64,000 bases of DNA, taken from contig JANZKC010000002.1 of assembly GCA_025061115.1 (NCBI GenBank), forward strand, positions 192,001 to 256,000, written 5' to 3'. The notes beneath the pieces were generated by a model that saw only the letters and a list, made by a program, of their open reading frames with translations, ran no database searches and was not told the origin of the DNA. Numbering within the stretch: position 1 is the stretch's first letter; every line of letters begins with the position of its first letter. Origin of the DNA: Candidatus Culexmicrobium cathedralense. GTDB lineage: Archaea > Thermoproteota > Methanomethylicia > Culexarchaeales > Culexmicrobiaceae. This document shows, one piece after another, positions 49,305-59,093 of this stretch. A program made the translations under genes and the position numbers.

Positions 49305-50235
49305 GAGAAGAAACTCAAATGAACTTCAAAAAGAAAAAATTGAATTAAAAAGCAGAGACCTCATCAATCTAGTAAAACAAGCAACAGCTATTCTAAAAAG
49401 CGAAAAAGAAAGAGGAGGCTATGAAAAGCTAACCGTCAGAAGAGGTCTGGTGAAAATACAAGACACATCTGGTCAACTAGTAGTTATAGGAGATATCCAT
49501 GGAGACCTAGAAACAATGCTAAAAATCTTTGAAAAGGAAGACATCCCTGCTAAGCTCAATGAAAAGAGGACATACATAGTATTTCTGGGGGATTACATCG
49601 ATAGGGGAGAGCTATCTCTAGAAGTGATGACATCAGTTTTAAGGATGAAAATAGCTCATCCCGAAAGGGTAGTCATTTTAAGGGGTAATCATGAAGGGCC
49701 TGACGACCTCATAGCTCACCCCCACACATTCCCCTACGAATTAAAAATGAAGTTTGGCAGCGCAGCTCCAATAATATACCTTCACTTTAGAAAGCTATTC
49801 AATGCAATGCCACACATAACGCTCACATCAAGTGGAATAGTACTTCTACACGGCGGAGTTCCAACCGAAGCTAAAAATGTAGACGAGATAGCCATGGCTA
49901 ATGAGCTTCACCCTGAAAAACCCCACTTAACTGAAATATTGTGGAACGATCCAGATGAAACTGGAATAACGGGAGCATACCCTTCACCTCGCGGAGCAGG
50001 CAAAATCTTTGGAGAAAACTATACTGATGAATTTTTGAAAATCGTTAACGGCAAAGTGATATTGAGGGGACATCAAGCCGCCTCGAAGGGATATAAGGTG
50101 AGCCATAATGGAAAAATAATTACTCTCTTCTCAAGGCTAGGCCCACCATATTGGAATTCTAAAGCGGCCTATGTTGTTCATCCATTAAGCCGCCCACCTA
50201 AAGAGGTAGTAAATAGCATTAGAACAATAACTTAA
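49288..50235 (+). CDS. PPP-family Ser/Thr protein phosphatase
   Basis: GDIHG, GDYIDRG, LRGNHE, HGG, LWNDP, SPRG, RGHQ. Confidence 0.92.
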   Translation: MRALNERRNSNELQKEKIELKSRDLINLVKQATAILKSEKERGGYEKLTVRRGLVKIQDTSGQLVVIGDIHGDLETMLKIFEKEDIPAKLNEKRTYIVFLGDYIDRGELSLEVMTSVLRMKIAHPERVVILRGNHEGPDDLIAHPHTFPYELKMKFGSAAPIIYLHFRKLFNAMPHITLTSSGIVLLHGGVPTEAKNVDEIAMANELHPEKPHLTEILWNDPDETGITGAYPSPRGAGKIFGENYTDEFLKIVNGKVILRGHQAASKGYKVSHNGKIITLFSRLGPPYWNSKAAYVVHPLSRPPKEVVNSIRTIT

Positions 50236-50332
50236 TCATTGACAGCTAATAGAGGGCAAAGCAAACTTTTTATAGCGTACCATTTAAAAAAGCTTAGTCT
50301 AAAATCATGGCGGATAAATGGAGTAGAGGACA

Positions 50333-50797
50333 ATGCCTAACTGGGGATATTCGATAATTGGGCTGGATCCCGATAAAACAGCTAAAGCTAGTGGTAGAGA
50401 TCTTCGTATCTCATTTAAGGCTGCACGTGAAGTTTGCGCGTTTATTAAAGGCATGAGCTTACTTGAAGCTCAAAAATATTTAGAAGATGTTACTCGAAAG
50501 AAGAAGCCCATTCCATTTAAGAGATTTACTGGAAAAGCCGCTCACCATAGGGGCATTCAAGGTTGGCCCATAGTTAGATATCCAGTTAAAGCCGCTAGGG
50601 AAATTCTAAAGGTCCTAAAGAGCGTTGAGGCCAATGCAGAATATAAGGGGCTTGATGTTGAAAAGCTTAAGATCATCCACATAGCAGCGCAAAAAGGCAC
50701 AAAATTGAGGAAATATATTCCAAGGGCATTTGGAAGAGCAACTCCCTACTTCAAGCAGCTAACACACATAGAAGTTGTAGTTGCTGAGGAGGAGTAA
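50333..50797 (+). CDS. rpl22: 50S ribosomal protein L22
   Basis: RYPVKAA, NAEYKGLD, PRAFGRA. Confidence 0.97.
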   Translation: MPNWGYSIIGLDPDKTAKASGRDLRISFKAAREVCAFIKGMSLLEAQKYLEDVTRKKKPIPFKRFTGKAAHHRGIQGWPIVRYPVKAAREILKVLKSVEANAEYKGLDVEKLKIIHIAAQKGTKLRKYIPRAFGRATPYFKQLTHIEVVVAEEE

Positions 50798-50799
50798 GC

Positions 50800-51438
50800 A
50801 TGGTTAATGTTAAGAAACATTTCGTAATTGAAGGCTTAAAGCGAATGGAAATTGATGAGTACTTATCCATAAGACTCATGAGAGCAGGCTATGCAGGAGT
50901 TGAAATTCAGAGAACACCACTTGGCACGAGAGTCACAATCTACGCCGAAAGGCCAGGAGTAGTTATTGGGAGAGGCGGAGCAAACATCAAAGAATTAGCC
51001 GAAATACTGGAGAAAAGATTTGGAGTAGAAAACCCGCAAATAGCCGTAGCTCAAGTGCAAGTTCCAGAGCTAAATGCAAAAATCATGGCCATAAGAATTG
51101 CCAGGGCAATGGAAAGGGGAGTTCACTTTAGGAGAGCGGCATTCATAGCTTTAAGGCAAATAATGGAGGCAGGAGCAAAAGGCGCCGAAATAATAATCCG
51201 CGGAAAACTGAGAAGCGAACGTGCAAGATATGAGAAATTTAAGGCCGGAGAACTTTTAAAATCCGGAAAGCCATATGAAGACCTCGTCGACGAAGCAGTG
51301 GTTTATGTTGCATTGAAGCCTGGAATATACGGTATAAAAGTTAGAATTATGCCACCGGTCAAAACTCCTGATGACATAATAATTAAGGAGGTCTATCCAG
51401 CTAAGGAGGAAGAAGAAGTTGCCAATATTGAGGGTTAA
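50800..51438 (+). CDS. rps3: 30S ribosomal protein S3
   Basis: KH domain PGVVIGRGG, HFRRA, GIYGIKVRI. Confidence 0.97.
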   Translation: MVNVKKHFVIEGLKRMEIDEYLSIRLMRAGYAGVEIQRTPLGTRVTIYAERPGVVIGRGGANIKELAEILEKRFGVENPQIAVAQVQVPELNAKIMAIRIARAMERGVHFRRAAFIALRQIMEAGAKGAEIIIRGKLRSERARYEKFKAGELLKSGKPYEDLVDEAVVYVALKPGIYGIKVRIMPPVKTPDDIIIKEVYPAKEEEEVANIEG

Positions 51439-51640
51439 CGAAATCAGGCGCATGAGCCCTGAGGAGCGCATGAAGAAGCTAGCTGAGCTTAAAGCAGAAT
51501 TAGCGAGAGCTAGAGCACTAGCTGCAAGTGGAGCCCCACTGGACAACCCAAAAATGATAAAAGAGATAAGGAAAACCATTGCAAGAATACTTACAATTCA
51601 AAGAGAAGAAGAACTGGGAATTAGGAGGTCTAAAAAGTGA
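51419..51640 (+). CDS. rpl29: 50S ribosomal protein L29
   Basis: EIRRMS, IRKTIARILT. Confidence 0.95.
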   Translation: MPILRVNEIRRMSPEERMKKLAELKAELARARALAASGAPLDNPKMIKEIRKTIARILTIQREEELGIRRSKK

Positions 51641-51921
51641 AGATAACCCCAAGAAACCTAGTCATGCATGAACTGATAGGATTAAGTGTTAAGGTAAGCA
51701 AGAGCACCCACCCAGGTTATGTTGGAATTGAAGGCATTGTAGTTGATGAAACCATGAAAACCCTTCACATCCTCCATGAAGGTAAAGTTAAGGTTATTCC
51801 GAAAAACTGCTCAATATTCGAGTTCACGCTTCCTGATGGAAGCATCGTAGAAGTTGATGGAAAGGTGATTTTGGCAAGGCCGGAAGATAGAGCTAAAAAG
51901 CCATATAGGAAGAGGTGGTGA
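51637..51921 (+). CDS. rnp1: RNase P protein subunit P29 (Rnp1)
   Basis: HELIGL, GIVVDET, RPEDR. Confidence 0.93.
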   Translation: MKITPRNLVMHELIGLSVKVSKSTHPGYVGIEGIVVDETMKTLHILHEGKVKVIPKNCSIFEFTLPDGSIVEVDGKVILARPEDRAKKPYRKRW

Positions 51922-51922
51922 A

Positions 51923-52276
51923 ATGCCGGCCAAAAATATTGGAGTGCCCGGAGTAAAAGCTCCTGAACAACAATGCGACGATCCGCACTGCCCATTCCAC
52001 GGCCACATAAAAGTTAGGGGAAAAATACTTGAAGGAGTAGTCGTGAGCTCGAAAATGCAGAGAACAGTCGTAGTTCAGCGAGACTACTTGCACTATGTGC
52101 CAAAATACAAGAGGTACGAGAAAAGGAGATCCAGAATTGCAGCTCACAACCCACCATGCATCAATGCCAAAGAGGGAGATAAAGTTAAAATAATGGAGTG
52201 CCGCCCACTAAGTAAGACCGTATCATTCGTAGTTATAGCTAAAGTGGAGGAAGAGAAAGGTGGCGAAACGAGGTAG
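51923..52276 (+). CDS. rps17: 30S ribosomal protein S17
   Basis: [23 protein letters not shown]. Confidence 0.97.
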   Translation: MPAKNIGVPGVKAPEQQCDDPHCPFHGHIKVRGKILEGVVVSSKMQRTVVVQRDYLHYVPKYKRYEKRRSRIAAHNPPCINAKEGDKVKIMECRPLSKTVSFVVIAKVEEEKGGETR

Positions 52277-52685
52277 AGGAGCAGTAGGAGTATCTTATAG
52301 GCATGGAGTTAGCCCAGGCTTGCCCGTGGGAGCCTACGTTAAATGCGCAGACAATAGCGGCGCAAAATTAGTGCAGATCATAGGCGTAGTTGGATCCAAA
52401 ACTAGACTTCGAAGATTACCGCAAGCGGCAGTTGGAGACATGGTCGTGGTCTCGGTGAAGGCAGGTACGCCAGAAATGCGCAGACAAGTACTAAGAGCAG
52501 TCGTAGTTAGACAGAAGAAGCCATATAGAAGAATGGATGGAACCTGGATCCAATTCGAAGACAACGCAGTAGTAATAGTAACCCCAGAAGGAGACCCAAA
52601 GGGAACCGAAATAAGAGGGCCAGTAGCAAGAGAAGCAGCCGAAAGATGGCCCAGAATAGCTGGACTTGCAACCATGATAATTTAG
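52260..52685 (+). CDS. rpl14: 50S ribosomal protein L14
   Basis: [26 protein letters not shown]. Confidence 0.97.
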   Translation: MAKRGRGAVGVSYRHGVSPGLPVGAYVKCADNSGAKLVQIIGVVGSKTRLRRLPQAAVGDMVVVSVKAGTPEMRRQVLRAVVVRQKKPYRRMDGTWIQFEDNAVVIVTPEGDPKGTEIRGPVAREAAERWPRIAGLATMII

Positions 52686-53084
52686 GTGAAAAATATGAAA
52701 TCCCTATTTTGGAAAACTAAATCTAAAAAACCTAAAAAGCAAAGAATAGCACTATTTAAAGCTCCACTCCACAAAAGGCACAAGTTAGTATCAGCTCCTC
52801 TCTCACCCGAATTACGGGCAAAATATGGTAGAAGATCATTTCCCGTTAGGAAGGGCGATACCGTTCTAATCATGAGAGGAGACTACGCAGGTTATGAAGG
52901 TAAAGTTCTTCGCGTTGACTTGAAGAAATATAGAATTCATATTGAAGGAGTTACGAGAAGAAAAGCTGACGGGACAATAATCTACGTCCCAATTCACCCG
53001 TCAAAGGTTATGATTACTAAGCTAGACCTATCCGATCCAAGAAGAAAGGAAGCTCTTGAAAAAGCCAAGGTAGAGGTGAAGTAG
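52686..53084 (+). CDS. rpl24: 50S ribosomal protein L24
   Basis: PKKQR, VRKGDTV..RGD, IHPSKV. Confidence 0.96.
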   Translation: MKNMKSLFWKTKSKKPKKQRIALFKAPLHKRHKLVSAPLSPELRAKYGRRSFPVRKGDTVLIMRGDYAGYEGKVLRVDLKKYRIHIEGVTRRKADGTIIYVPIHPSKVMITKLDLSDPRRKEALEKAKVEVK

Positions 53085-53085
53085 C

Positions 53086-53844
53086 ATGGGAAGAAAGGGT
53101 CCAAAAAGACACTTGAAGAGATTTCCTGCACCAGCATTTTGGCCAATACCAAGAAAAGCGTACAAATTTGCAGTTAAGCCAAGCCCAGGCCCACATCCCC
53201 TAGAAAGATGCATACCACTTCTAGTTGTTATGAGAGAAATTCTAGGATATGCGGAAACAGCAAGAGAAGCCAAGAGAATTATAAAGGAAGGGCATATTAA
53301 AGTCGATGGAATAGTTAGGAAAGACCATAAATTCCCAGTAGGGCTAATGGACGTAATTGAAATAACAAAGACGAATGAATACTACAGAGTACTACCGCAC
53401 CCCCAGAAGGGACTCACCCTCCACCCAATAACTCAGGAGGAAGCTTCATTCAAGCTATGCAGAATAGAAAATAAAACAACAGTAAAGGGAGGACACGTGC
53501 AGCTAAATCTCCACGACGGAAGAAACCACTTGATAAGAGTTGCAGACCCCAAAAAGCCCGTTGAAGACATCTACAAGACAATGGACGTGCTTAAAATATC
53601 CATTCCAAATCAAGATATACTTGACCACATCAAGTTCGGCGAAGGAACTATTGCAGTAGTAATAGGAGGCAAAAACATAGGCTTAGTAGGCAAAGTAGTC
53701 AAAATTGAGAGGGGATTTGGAAGGCTTAGAAGCGTAGTAACCTTGGAGAGCCCTAAAAACGACATATTCAAAACAAGCTTAACATACACATTCGCAATCG
53801 GAGTAGAAGAACCAATAATTTCACTGCCAAAAGAGGTGATGTAA
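53086..53844 (+). CDS. rps4e: 30S ribosomal protein S4e
   Basis: HLKRFPAP, PGPH, FPVGLMDV, LHDGRN. Confidence 0.97.
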   Translation: MGRKGPKRHLKRFPAPAFWPIPRKAYKFAVKPSPGPHPLERCIPLLVVMREILGYAETAREAKRIIKEGHIKVDGIVRKDHKFPVGLMDVIEITKTNEYYRVLPHPQKGLTLHPITQEEASFKLCRIENKTTVKGGHVQLNLHDGRNHLIRVADPKKPVEDIYKTMDVLKISIPNQDILDHIKFGEGTIAVVIGGKNIGLVGKVVKIERGFGRLRSVVTLESPKNDIFKTSLTYTFAIGVEEPIISLPKEVM

Positions 53845-53845
53845 A

Positions 53846-54385
53846 ATGGAAGTAGAGCAAAAGCAATTAATCAACCCAATGAAACAAGTAAGGCTCGCAA
53901 AGGTAGTCGTAAACATGGCAGTAGGAACTTCAGGAGAAAAGCTGGAAAACGCAGTTAAAGTTTTGGAAAGCTTAACTGGCCAAAAGCCATCGAGGAGAAA
54001 AGCAAAAAGGACGATAAGGGAATTTGGAATAAGAAGAGGAGAAAACATAGCATGCGTGGTAACTCTCCGAAGAGAAAAAGCTGTAGAATTCTTGCGTAAA
54101 GCTTTAGCTGCAGTTGGAAATAGAATTAAGGCATCAAGCTTTGATGATTATGGAAACGTTTCATTTGGAATTAAAGAACACATAGATATTCCAGGAACTA
54201 AATATGATCCAAATATAGGAATATTTGGCATGGATGTGTGCATATCCTTTGAAAAGCCGGGATATAGAGTCATGAGAAGAAGAATTAAGAGATCTAAAGT
54301 AGGTAAAGCTCATAGAGTAACTAAATTTGAAGCCATGGAGTATCTCAAGAGGGAATTTGGAGTTGAAATAGTTGAGGAGGATTAG
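53846..54385 (+). CDS. rpl5: 50S ribosomal protein L5
   Basis: [26 protein letters not shown]. Confidence 0.97.
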   Translation: MEVEQKQLINPMKQVRLAKVVVNMAVGTSGEKLENAVKVLESLTGQKPSRRKAKRTIREFGIRRGENIACVVTLRREKAVEFLRKALAAVGNRIKASSFDDYGNVSFGIKEHIDIPGTKYDPNIGIFGMDVCISFEKPGYRVMRRRIKRSKVGKAHRVTKFEAMEYLKREFGVEIVEED

Positions 54386-54387
54386 CC

Positions 54388-54552
54388 ATGGGCAAGTATA
54401 AGCCGCCGAAAATCAGGAAATTCGGAAAGGGAAGCCGCCCCTGCCGAAGGTGCGGCTCCTTTGGCCCAGTAATTAGAAAATATGGATTAAACCTCTGTAG
54501 GCAGTGCTTCAGAGAAGTGGCAGAAAAAATTGGATTTAAGAAGTACATGTGA
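54388..54552 (+). CDS. rps14: 30S ribosomal protein S14 (not in ORF track)
   Basis: Manual translation [23 protein letters not shown]...[19 protein letters not shown]. Confidence 0.95.
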   Translation: MGKYKPPKIRKFGKGSRPCRRCGSFGPVIRKYGLNLCRQCFREVAEKIGFKKYM

Positions 54553-54562
54553 GGTGAAAGCC

Positions 54563-54955
54563 GTGACCATGATGGACACCCTTTCAAATGCGTTGGCTAC
54601 AATAATGAACAATGAAATTAGAGGCAGAAAGGATTGCATAATAACGCCAGCCTCAAAGCTAATTGCAAACGTATTAAGAGTGATGCAGAGGTACGGATAT
54701 GTAGGCGAAATAGAATTAATAGATGATGGAAGAAGTGGCAAAATCAGAGTTCAACTGCTTGGAAGAATAAATAAGTGCGGAGCAATAAAGCCGAGATTCC
54801 CAGTGAAGTACAAGAAAATTGAAGAGTGGGAAAAGCAGTACTTGCCAGCTAGAGACGTAGGAATACTTATAGTTTCGACGCCAAAGGGAGTAATATCACA
54901 TAAAGAAGCAAAACAAATGAAAATTGGAGGAATACTTCTAGCATACGTCTACTAG
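54563..54955 (+). CDS. rps8: 30S ribosomal protein S8
   Basis: [32 protein letters not shown]. Confidence 0.96.
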   Translation: MTMMDTLSNALATIMNNEIRGRKDCIITPASKLIANVLRVMQRYGYVGEIELIDDGRSGKIRVQLLGRINKCGAIKPRFPVKYKKIEEWEKQYLPARDVGILIVSTPKGVISHKEAKQMKIGGILLAYVY

Positions 54956-54964
54956 GTGATTTAA

Positions 54965-55507
54965 ATGCCAAAGCTATTTAGAATCCATCAAAAAGTTGAA
55001 GTCCCTCAAGAAGTTGAAGTTAAGGTTGAGGGGTCAAAGGTAGTTGTTAGTGGCCCCCTAGGCCACCTCGAAAAGGACTTCTCGCATGCTAGGGGAATTC
55101 AAATCAGGCTTCTCGATGATAAGAACATCATTATCGAAGCATATGCCCCAAAAAAAAGGGAGCAAGCATTAGTAGGCACAATTGCAGGCCACATAAAAAA
55201 CATGATTAAGGGAGTAACTAAGGGATTTAAATATAAGCTTAAAATCGTTTACGCTCACTTCCCCATATCAGTGAAAGTTAAGGGAGACAAAATCGTAATA
55301 GAAAACTTCCTCGGAGAAAAAGTGCCAAGAATAGCTAAAATAGTTGGAGACGTGAAAGTTAAAGTTCAAGGAGACGACATCATAGTTGAAGGCATAGACA
55401 TAGAAGCCGTAGGGCAAACAGCTGCCAACATTGAGCTCGCCACCAAGATAAAAGATAAGGATCCCAGAGTATTCCTAGACGGAATATACGTATACTCAAA
55501 GGAGTGA
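54965..55507 (+). CDS. rpl6: 50S ribosomal protein L6
   Basis: YAHFP, NFLGEK, DPRVFLDGIY. Confidence 0.97.
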   Translation: MPKLFRIHQKVEVPQEVEVKVEGSKVVVSGPLGHLEKDFSHARGIQIRLLDDKNIIIEAYAPKKREQALVGTIAGHIKNMIKGVTKGFKYKLKIVYAHFPISVKVKGDKIVIENFLGEKVPRIAKIVGDVKVKVQGDDIIVEGIDIEAVGQTAANIELATKIKDKDPRVFLDGIYVYSKE

Positions 55508-55926
55508 AGAACATGAGAAGTGAAAGCGAAAGATTGAAGAAACTACTAAAGCTCAGAATAAAATTAAAACGTAAAAAGCCCGAATTCCTTAGACCTTGGC
55601 ACTGGAGGCTTAAGCGCCTAGGCACGGCATGGAGAAGGCCCAAAGGGCTAGACGACAAGATAGCCCATAAGCGCAAGGGATACCCACCCCTGGTAGAAGT
55701 GGGCTACAGAGGACCGAGAGAAGTCAGAGGACTACATCCCTCAGGACTAGAAGAGAAACTTGTTTTCAACATAAAAGATCTCGAAGGCTTAGATCCTTCA
55801 AGACAAGCTATAAGAATCGCCCACACAGTAGGAAGAAGAAAGAAAGCAGAGATAGTTAAGAGAGCAATCAAACTAGGGTTAAAAATATTAAATCCGGGAG
55901 AATTTATGGAAGAAGCTAAAGAGTAG
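55504..55926 (+). CDS. rpl32e: 50S ribosomal protein L32e
   Basis: WRRPKG, GLHPSG. Confidence 0.96.
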   Translation: MKNMRSESERLKKLLKLRIKLKRKKPEFLRPWHWRLKRLGTAWRRPKGLDDKIAHKRKGYPPLVEVGYRGPREVRGLHPSGLEEKLVFNIKDLEGLDPSRQAIRIAHTVGRRKKAEIVKRAIKLGLKILNPGEFMEEAKE

Positions 55927-55933
55927 TGAGGGC

Positions 55934-56389
55934 GTGAGAATGCCACTAACGCTAAGAACTGTCCGGAGACTAGCGGCAGACATCCTTGGAGTAGGGGAAA
56001 ATAGAGTTTGGATCGACCCGGAAAATCTAGATAAAGTAGCTGAAGCAATGACGAGGGAGGACGTAAAGATACTCATCAGGCAAGGCTTAATCAAAGCGCG
56101 TCCAGAAAAGAGCATAAGCAGAGCGAGAATACGCATGAAGAGAGAAAAGAAGAAAAGAGGGAGGCGCAGGGGACCTGGAAGCAGGAAGGGCCCAACAATC
56201 AGGAGAAAGGAGCTCTGGATGATAAAGGTAAGAGCGCAGCGGAAATTCTTAAAGATGCTCAGAAAACGCAGAATAATAAACAGGACAGTTTATAGGAAGC
56301 TTTACATGATGGTGAAGGGAGGAGCATTCGACAGCACCTCACAAATAAAAACGTACATCCGTGAGCACGGCCTAGCAAGGAGGAGGTAA
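55934..56389 (+). CDS. rpl19e: 50S ribosomal protein L19e
   Basis: [21 protein letters not shown]. Confidence 0.96.
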   Translation: MRMPLTLRTVRRLAADILGVGENRVWIDPENLDKVAEAMTREDVKILIRQGLIKARPEKSISRARIRMKREKKKRGRRRGPGSRKGPTIRRKELWMIKVRAQRKFLKMLRKRRIINRTVYRKLYMMVKGGAFDSTSQIKTYIREHGLARRR

Positions 56390-56390
56390 A

Positions 56391-56987
56391 ATGGCGAGAG
56401 GACCTAGATATAAAGTTCCATTTAGAAGGCGGCGAGAAGGCAAGACAAATTACAGGAAAAGGCTTAAGCTGATATTGTCTGGGAAGCCCAGGCTAGTTGC
56501 AAGAAAAACAAACAATTACATAATAGCTCAAGTAATTGAAGCCCGAGTCGAAGGAGATGCAGTCCTGGCAGCAGCCCATTCAAAAGAACTTAGAAACTTC
56601 GGGTGGCTAGCAGCATGCGACAATACGCCAGCAGCATACCTCACAGGACTGCTAGCAGGATATAAAGCACTTAAGGCAGGAGTGGAAGAAGCGGTACTTG
56701 ACATAGGCTTGCACAGGCCAATTAAAGGCGCAAGGATATTCGCAGTGCTCAAAGGGGCAGTAGACGCAGGCCTACAAGTGCCCCACACCGAAGAGATACT
56801 TCCAAGCGAAGATAGAATTAGAGGAGAACATATAGCTGAATATGCGAATAGGTTAAAGGAAGAAGATCCGATGCTATATGAGAAGATCTTCTCCCAATAC
56901 TTAAGGAGAGGGCTGCCTCCAGAGGATCTCCCATCCCACTTCGATGAAATTAAGGAAAAAATAATCAAATCATATGGAGGTGAGTAG
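56391..56987 (+). CDS. rpl18: 50S ribosomal protein L18
   Basis: [19 protein letters not shown]. Confidence 0.97.
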   Translation: MARGPRYKVPFRRRREGKTNYRKRLKLILSGKPRLVARKTNNYIIAQVIEARVEGDAVLAAAHSKELRNFGWLAACDNTPAAYLTGLLAGYKALKAGVEEAVLDIGLHRPIKGARIFAVLKGAVDAGLQVPHTEEILPSEDRIRGEHIAEYANRLKEEDPMLYEKIFSQYLRRGLPPEDLPSHFDEIKEKIIKSYGGE

Positions 56988-57611
56988 ATGTCTCAAGCTC
57001 AATTTGGCATAGAAGAATGGACTCCAAGAACAACTTTAGGTAAGCTAGTTAAGGAAGGAAAAATCGCTTCAATCCATCAAATATTCGCAGCCAATCTCCC
57101 CATAATGGAGCCACAAATAATAGACATACTTGTACCCGAACTAAAGCACGAAATCGTAGACATTAGCATCGTCCAAAAGCAGACGGACGCCGGAGAAATA
57201 AGCAGGTTTAAAGTTGCAGTAATAGTAGGCGATGAAAACGGGCTGGTAGGCATTGGAACAGCAAAAGCTAAGCAACTGAGATTTGCAATAAACAAGGCAA
57301 TTGAAAATGCAAAGCTAAACGTCATTCCAGTTAAAAGGGGATGCGGAAGCTGGGAGTGCTCCTGCAATAGACCTCACAGCGTACCATACAAGGTTGTCGG
57401 AAAAAGCGGCAGCGTAGAAGTCACATTAATACCAGCACCAAGAGGAGTTGGACTCGTAGCCGGAGATATAGCAAAAGTAGTTCTACGCCTAGCTGGAATA
57501 CAAGACGTTTGGACCAAGACAAAGGGAGAGACAAGAACCACGCTTAACTTCGCCAAAGCAACATATGAAGCCCTAAGAAAAACATACAAGTTTAAGTTTA
57601 TGGGAGCCTGA
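56988..57611 (+). CDS. rps5: 30S ribosomal protein S5
   Basis: VQKQTDAG, RGCGSWEC, PAPRGVG. Confidence 0.97.
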   Translation: MSQAQFGIEEWTPRTTLGKLVKEGKIASIHQIFAANLPIMEPQIIDILVPELKHEIVDISIVQKQTDAGEISRFKVAVIVGDENGLVGIGTAKAKQLRFAINKAIENAKLNVIPVKRGCGSWECSCNRPHSVPYKVVGKSGSVEVTLIPAPRGVGLVAGDIAKVVLRLAGIQDVWTKTKGETRTTLNFAKATYEALRKTYKFKFMGA

Positions 57612-57617
57612 TGAGCA

Positions 57618-58091
57618 TTGCCAAAGCTACTCGCAGTAATAAGAATTAGAGGCAGAATAGGAGTTAGAGGAGAAGCACAAGACACTCTAAAAATGCTCAG
57701 ACTACATAGAAAAAACCACGCAGTAATAATAGACGACAGGCCATCCTACCTGGGAATGCTGAAAAAAGTAGCCGACTACGTGACTTGGGGAGAAATAAAC
57801 TCGGAAACGCTTGCACTACTCCTCAAAAGAAGAGGAGAGCTAAAAGGCGGCAAAAAATTAACTGAAAAATACATTAAAGAAAAACTCGGATTAAACAGCA
57901 TAGAAGATCTAGCCCATGCAATATTTGAAGGCAAGATATCGCTAAAGGACATTCCAGATTTAAAGCCCGTATTTAGACTTCACCCACCAAGCGGCGGATT
58001 CAAGGGAAGCACAAAAAAGCACTACAAAGCAGGCGGCGAGCTAGGCTATAGGGGAACAGCCATCAACGAGCTAATCAGGAAAATGTGCTAA
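57618..58091 (+). CDS. rpl30: 50S ribosomal protein L30
   Basis: AVIRIRG, YVTWGE, FRLHPP, GELGYRG. Confidence 0.97.
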   Translation: MPKLLAVIRIRGRIGVRGEAQDTLKMLRLHRKNHAVIIDDRPSYLGMLKKVADYVTWGEINSETLALLLKRRGELKGGKKLTEKYIKEKLGLNSIEDLAHAIFEGKISLKDIPDLKPVFRLHPPSGGFKGSTKKHYKAGGELGYRGTAINELIRKMC

Positions 58092-58110
58092 TACTTGGAG
58101 GAACAAATTC

Positions 58111-58614
58111 ATGGTTAAAGACTTTTGGTTTGAAGATGCTGAGGGAGATGATTTCATCGACGAAGTAAACAGCATAAGCGAAGCAATTATGAAAATATTG
58201 AGAGAGCTCCTAAATCACCCTCTTGAAGATGAGCAATACAATGAGCCCCGCATATACAATTTCTCAATCTCACTCAACCCCATAGACGAACACGACATCA
58301 TAAATTTAAGGGATTTAAATTTTGAACGTTCATACTTTGAATATGATGAGCCTCTCATAGACATAGTTGAAGACAAAAACTCATTGAAAGTTTACGTCGA
58401 GCTTCCTGGAGTAAGGAAGGAGGACATCAAAATTAAGGCTACGGAAAGAAAAATAACAGTAGCCATAGAAAATCAAGATGGAAAGTATTATAAGGAGATA
58501 CACCTACCTTCAAAAGTTAAGCCTGAAAAGGCTAAGGCAACATTTAGAAATGGCGTGTTAGAAGTAACTTTTGAGAAGAAAAATTTTAGGCTGTGGAAGA
58601 AGCTGAAAAGGTGA
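58111..58614 (+). CDS. Small heat shock protein (Hsp20)
   Basis: EPLIDI, ELPGVRKEDI, AKATFRNGVLEV. Confidence 0.92.
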   Translation: MVKDFWFEDAEGDDFIDEVNSISEAIMKILRELLNHPLEDEQYNEPRIYNFSISLNPIDEHDIINLRDLNFERSYFEYDEPLIDIVEDKNSLKVYVELPGVRKEDIKIKATERKITVAIENQDGKYYKEIHLPSKVKPEKAKATFRNGVLEVTFEKKNFRLWKKLKR

Positions 58615-58619
58615 GTGCG

Positions 58620-59060
58620 ATGGTCGTTAGAAGAAGGAAGAAAATTCGAAAATATAGAGGTAGCAGGACGTGCGGATGGGGAATAACGGGACAGCATAAG
58701 GGACGAGGATTAAAAGGCGGATTTGGCAAAGCTGGAAGGCACAAGCACCACTGGACTTGGGTTGTAAAGTACGCTCCAGACTACTTTGGCAAAAAAGGGT
58801 TTAAAACCCCAATATCAACAACTCCAAAGGTAAATGCAATAAATGTAGGTTACCTAGACGAAATTGCAACCGAACTAGCAAAAAAGGGCTTAGTGGAAGT
58901 CAAAAATGGAAAAATTGTAGTCAATGTAATTAAACTCGGATATAATCGAGTTTTAGGATCCGGAAAGGTCACAAAGCCGCTTGTGGTAATGGCTCCATAC
59001 TTCTCAAGGAAGGCAGAGGAGAAAATAGCTCAAGCCGGCGGAGAAGTAATTAAGCTATAA
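58620..59060 (+). CDS. rpl15: 50S ribosomal protein L15
   Basis: RGSRTCGWG, GKAGRHKH, VLGSG. Confidence 0.96.
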   Translation: MVVRRRKKIRKYRGSRTCGWGITGQHKGRGLKGGFGKAGRHKHHWTWVVKYAPDYFGKKGFKTPISTTPKVNAINVGYLDEIATELAKKGLVEVKNGKIVVNVIKLGYNRVLGSGKVTKPLVVMAPYFSRKAEEKIAQAGGEVIKL

Positions 59061-59093
59061 ACAGCCAATTTAACTGGTAGAGCGTGAAACGCT

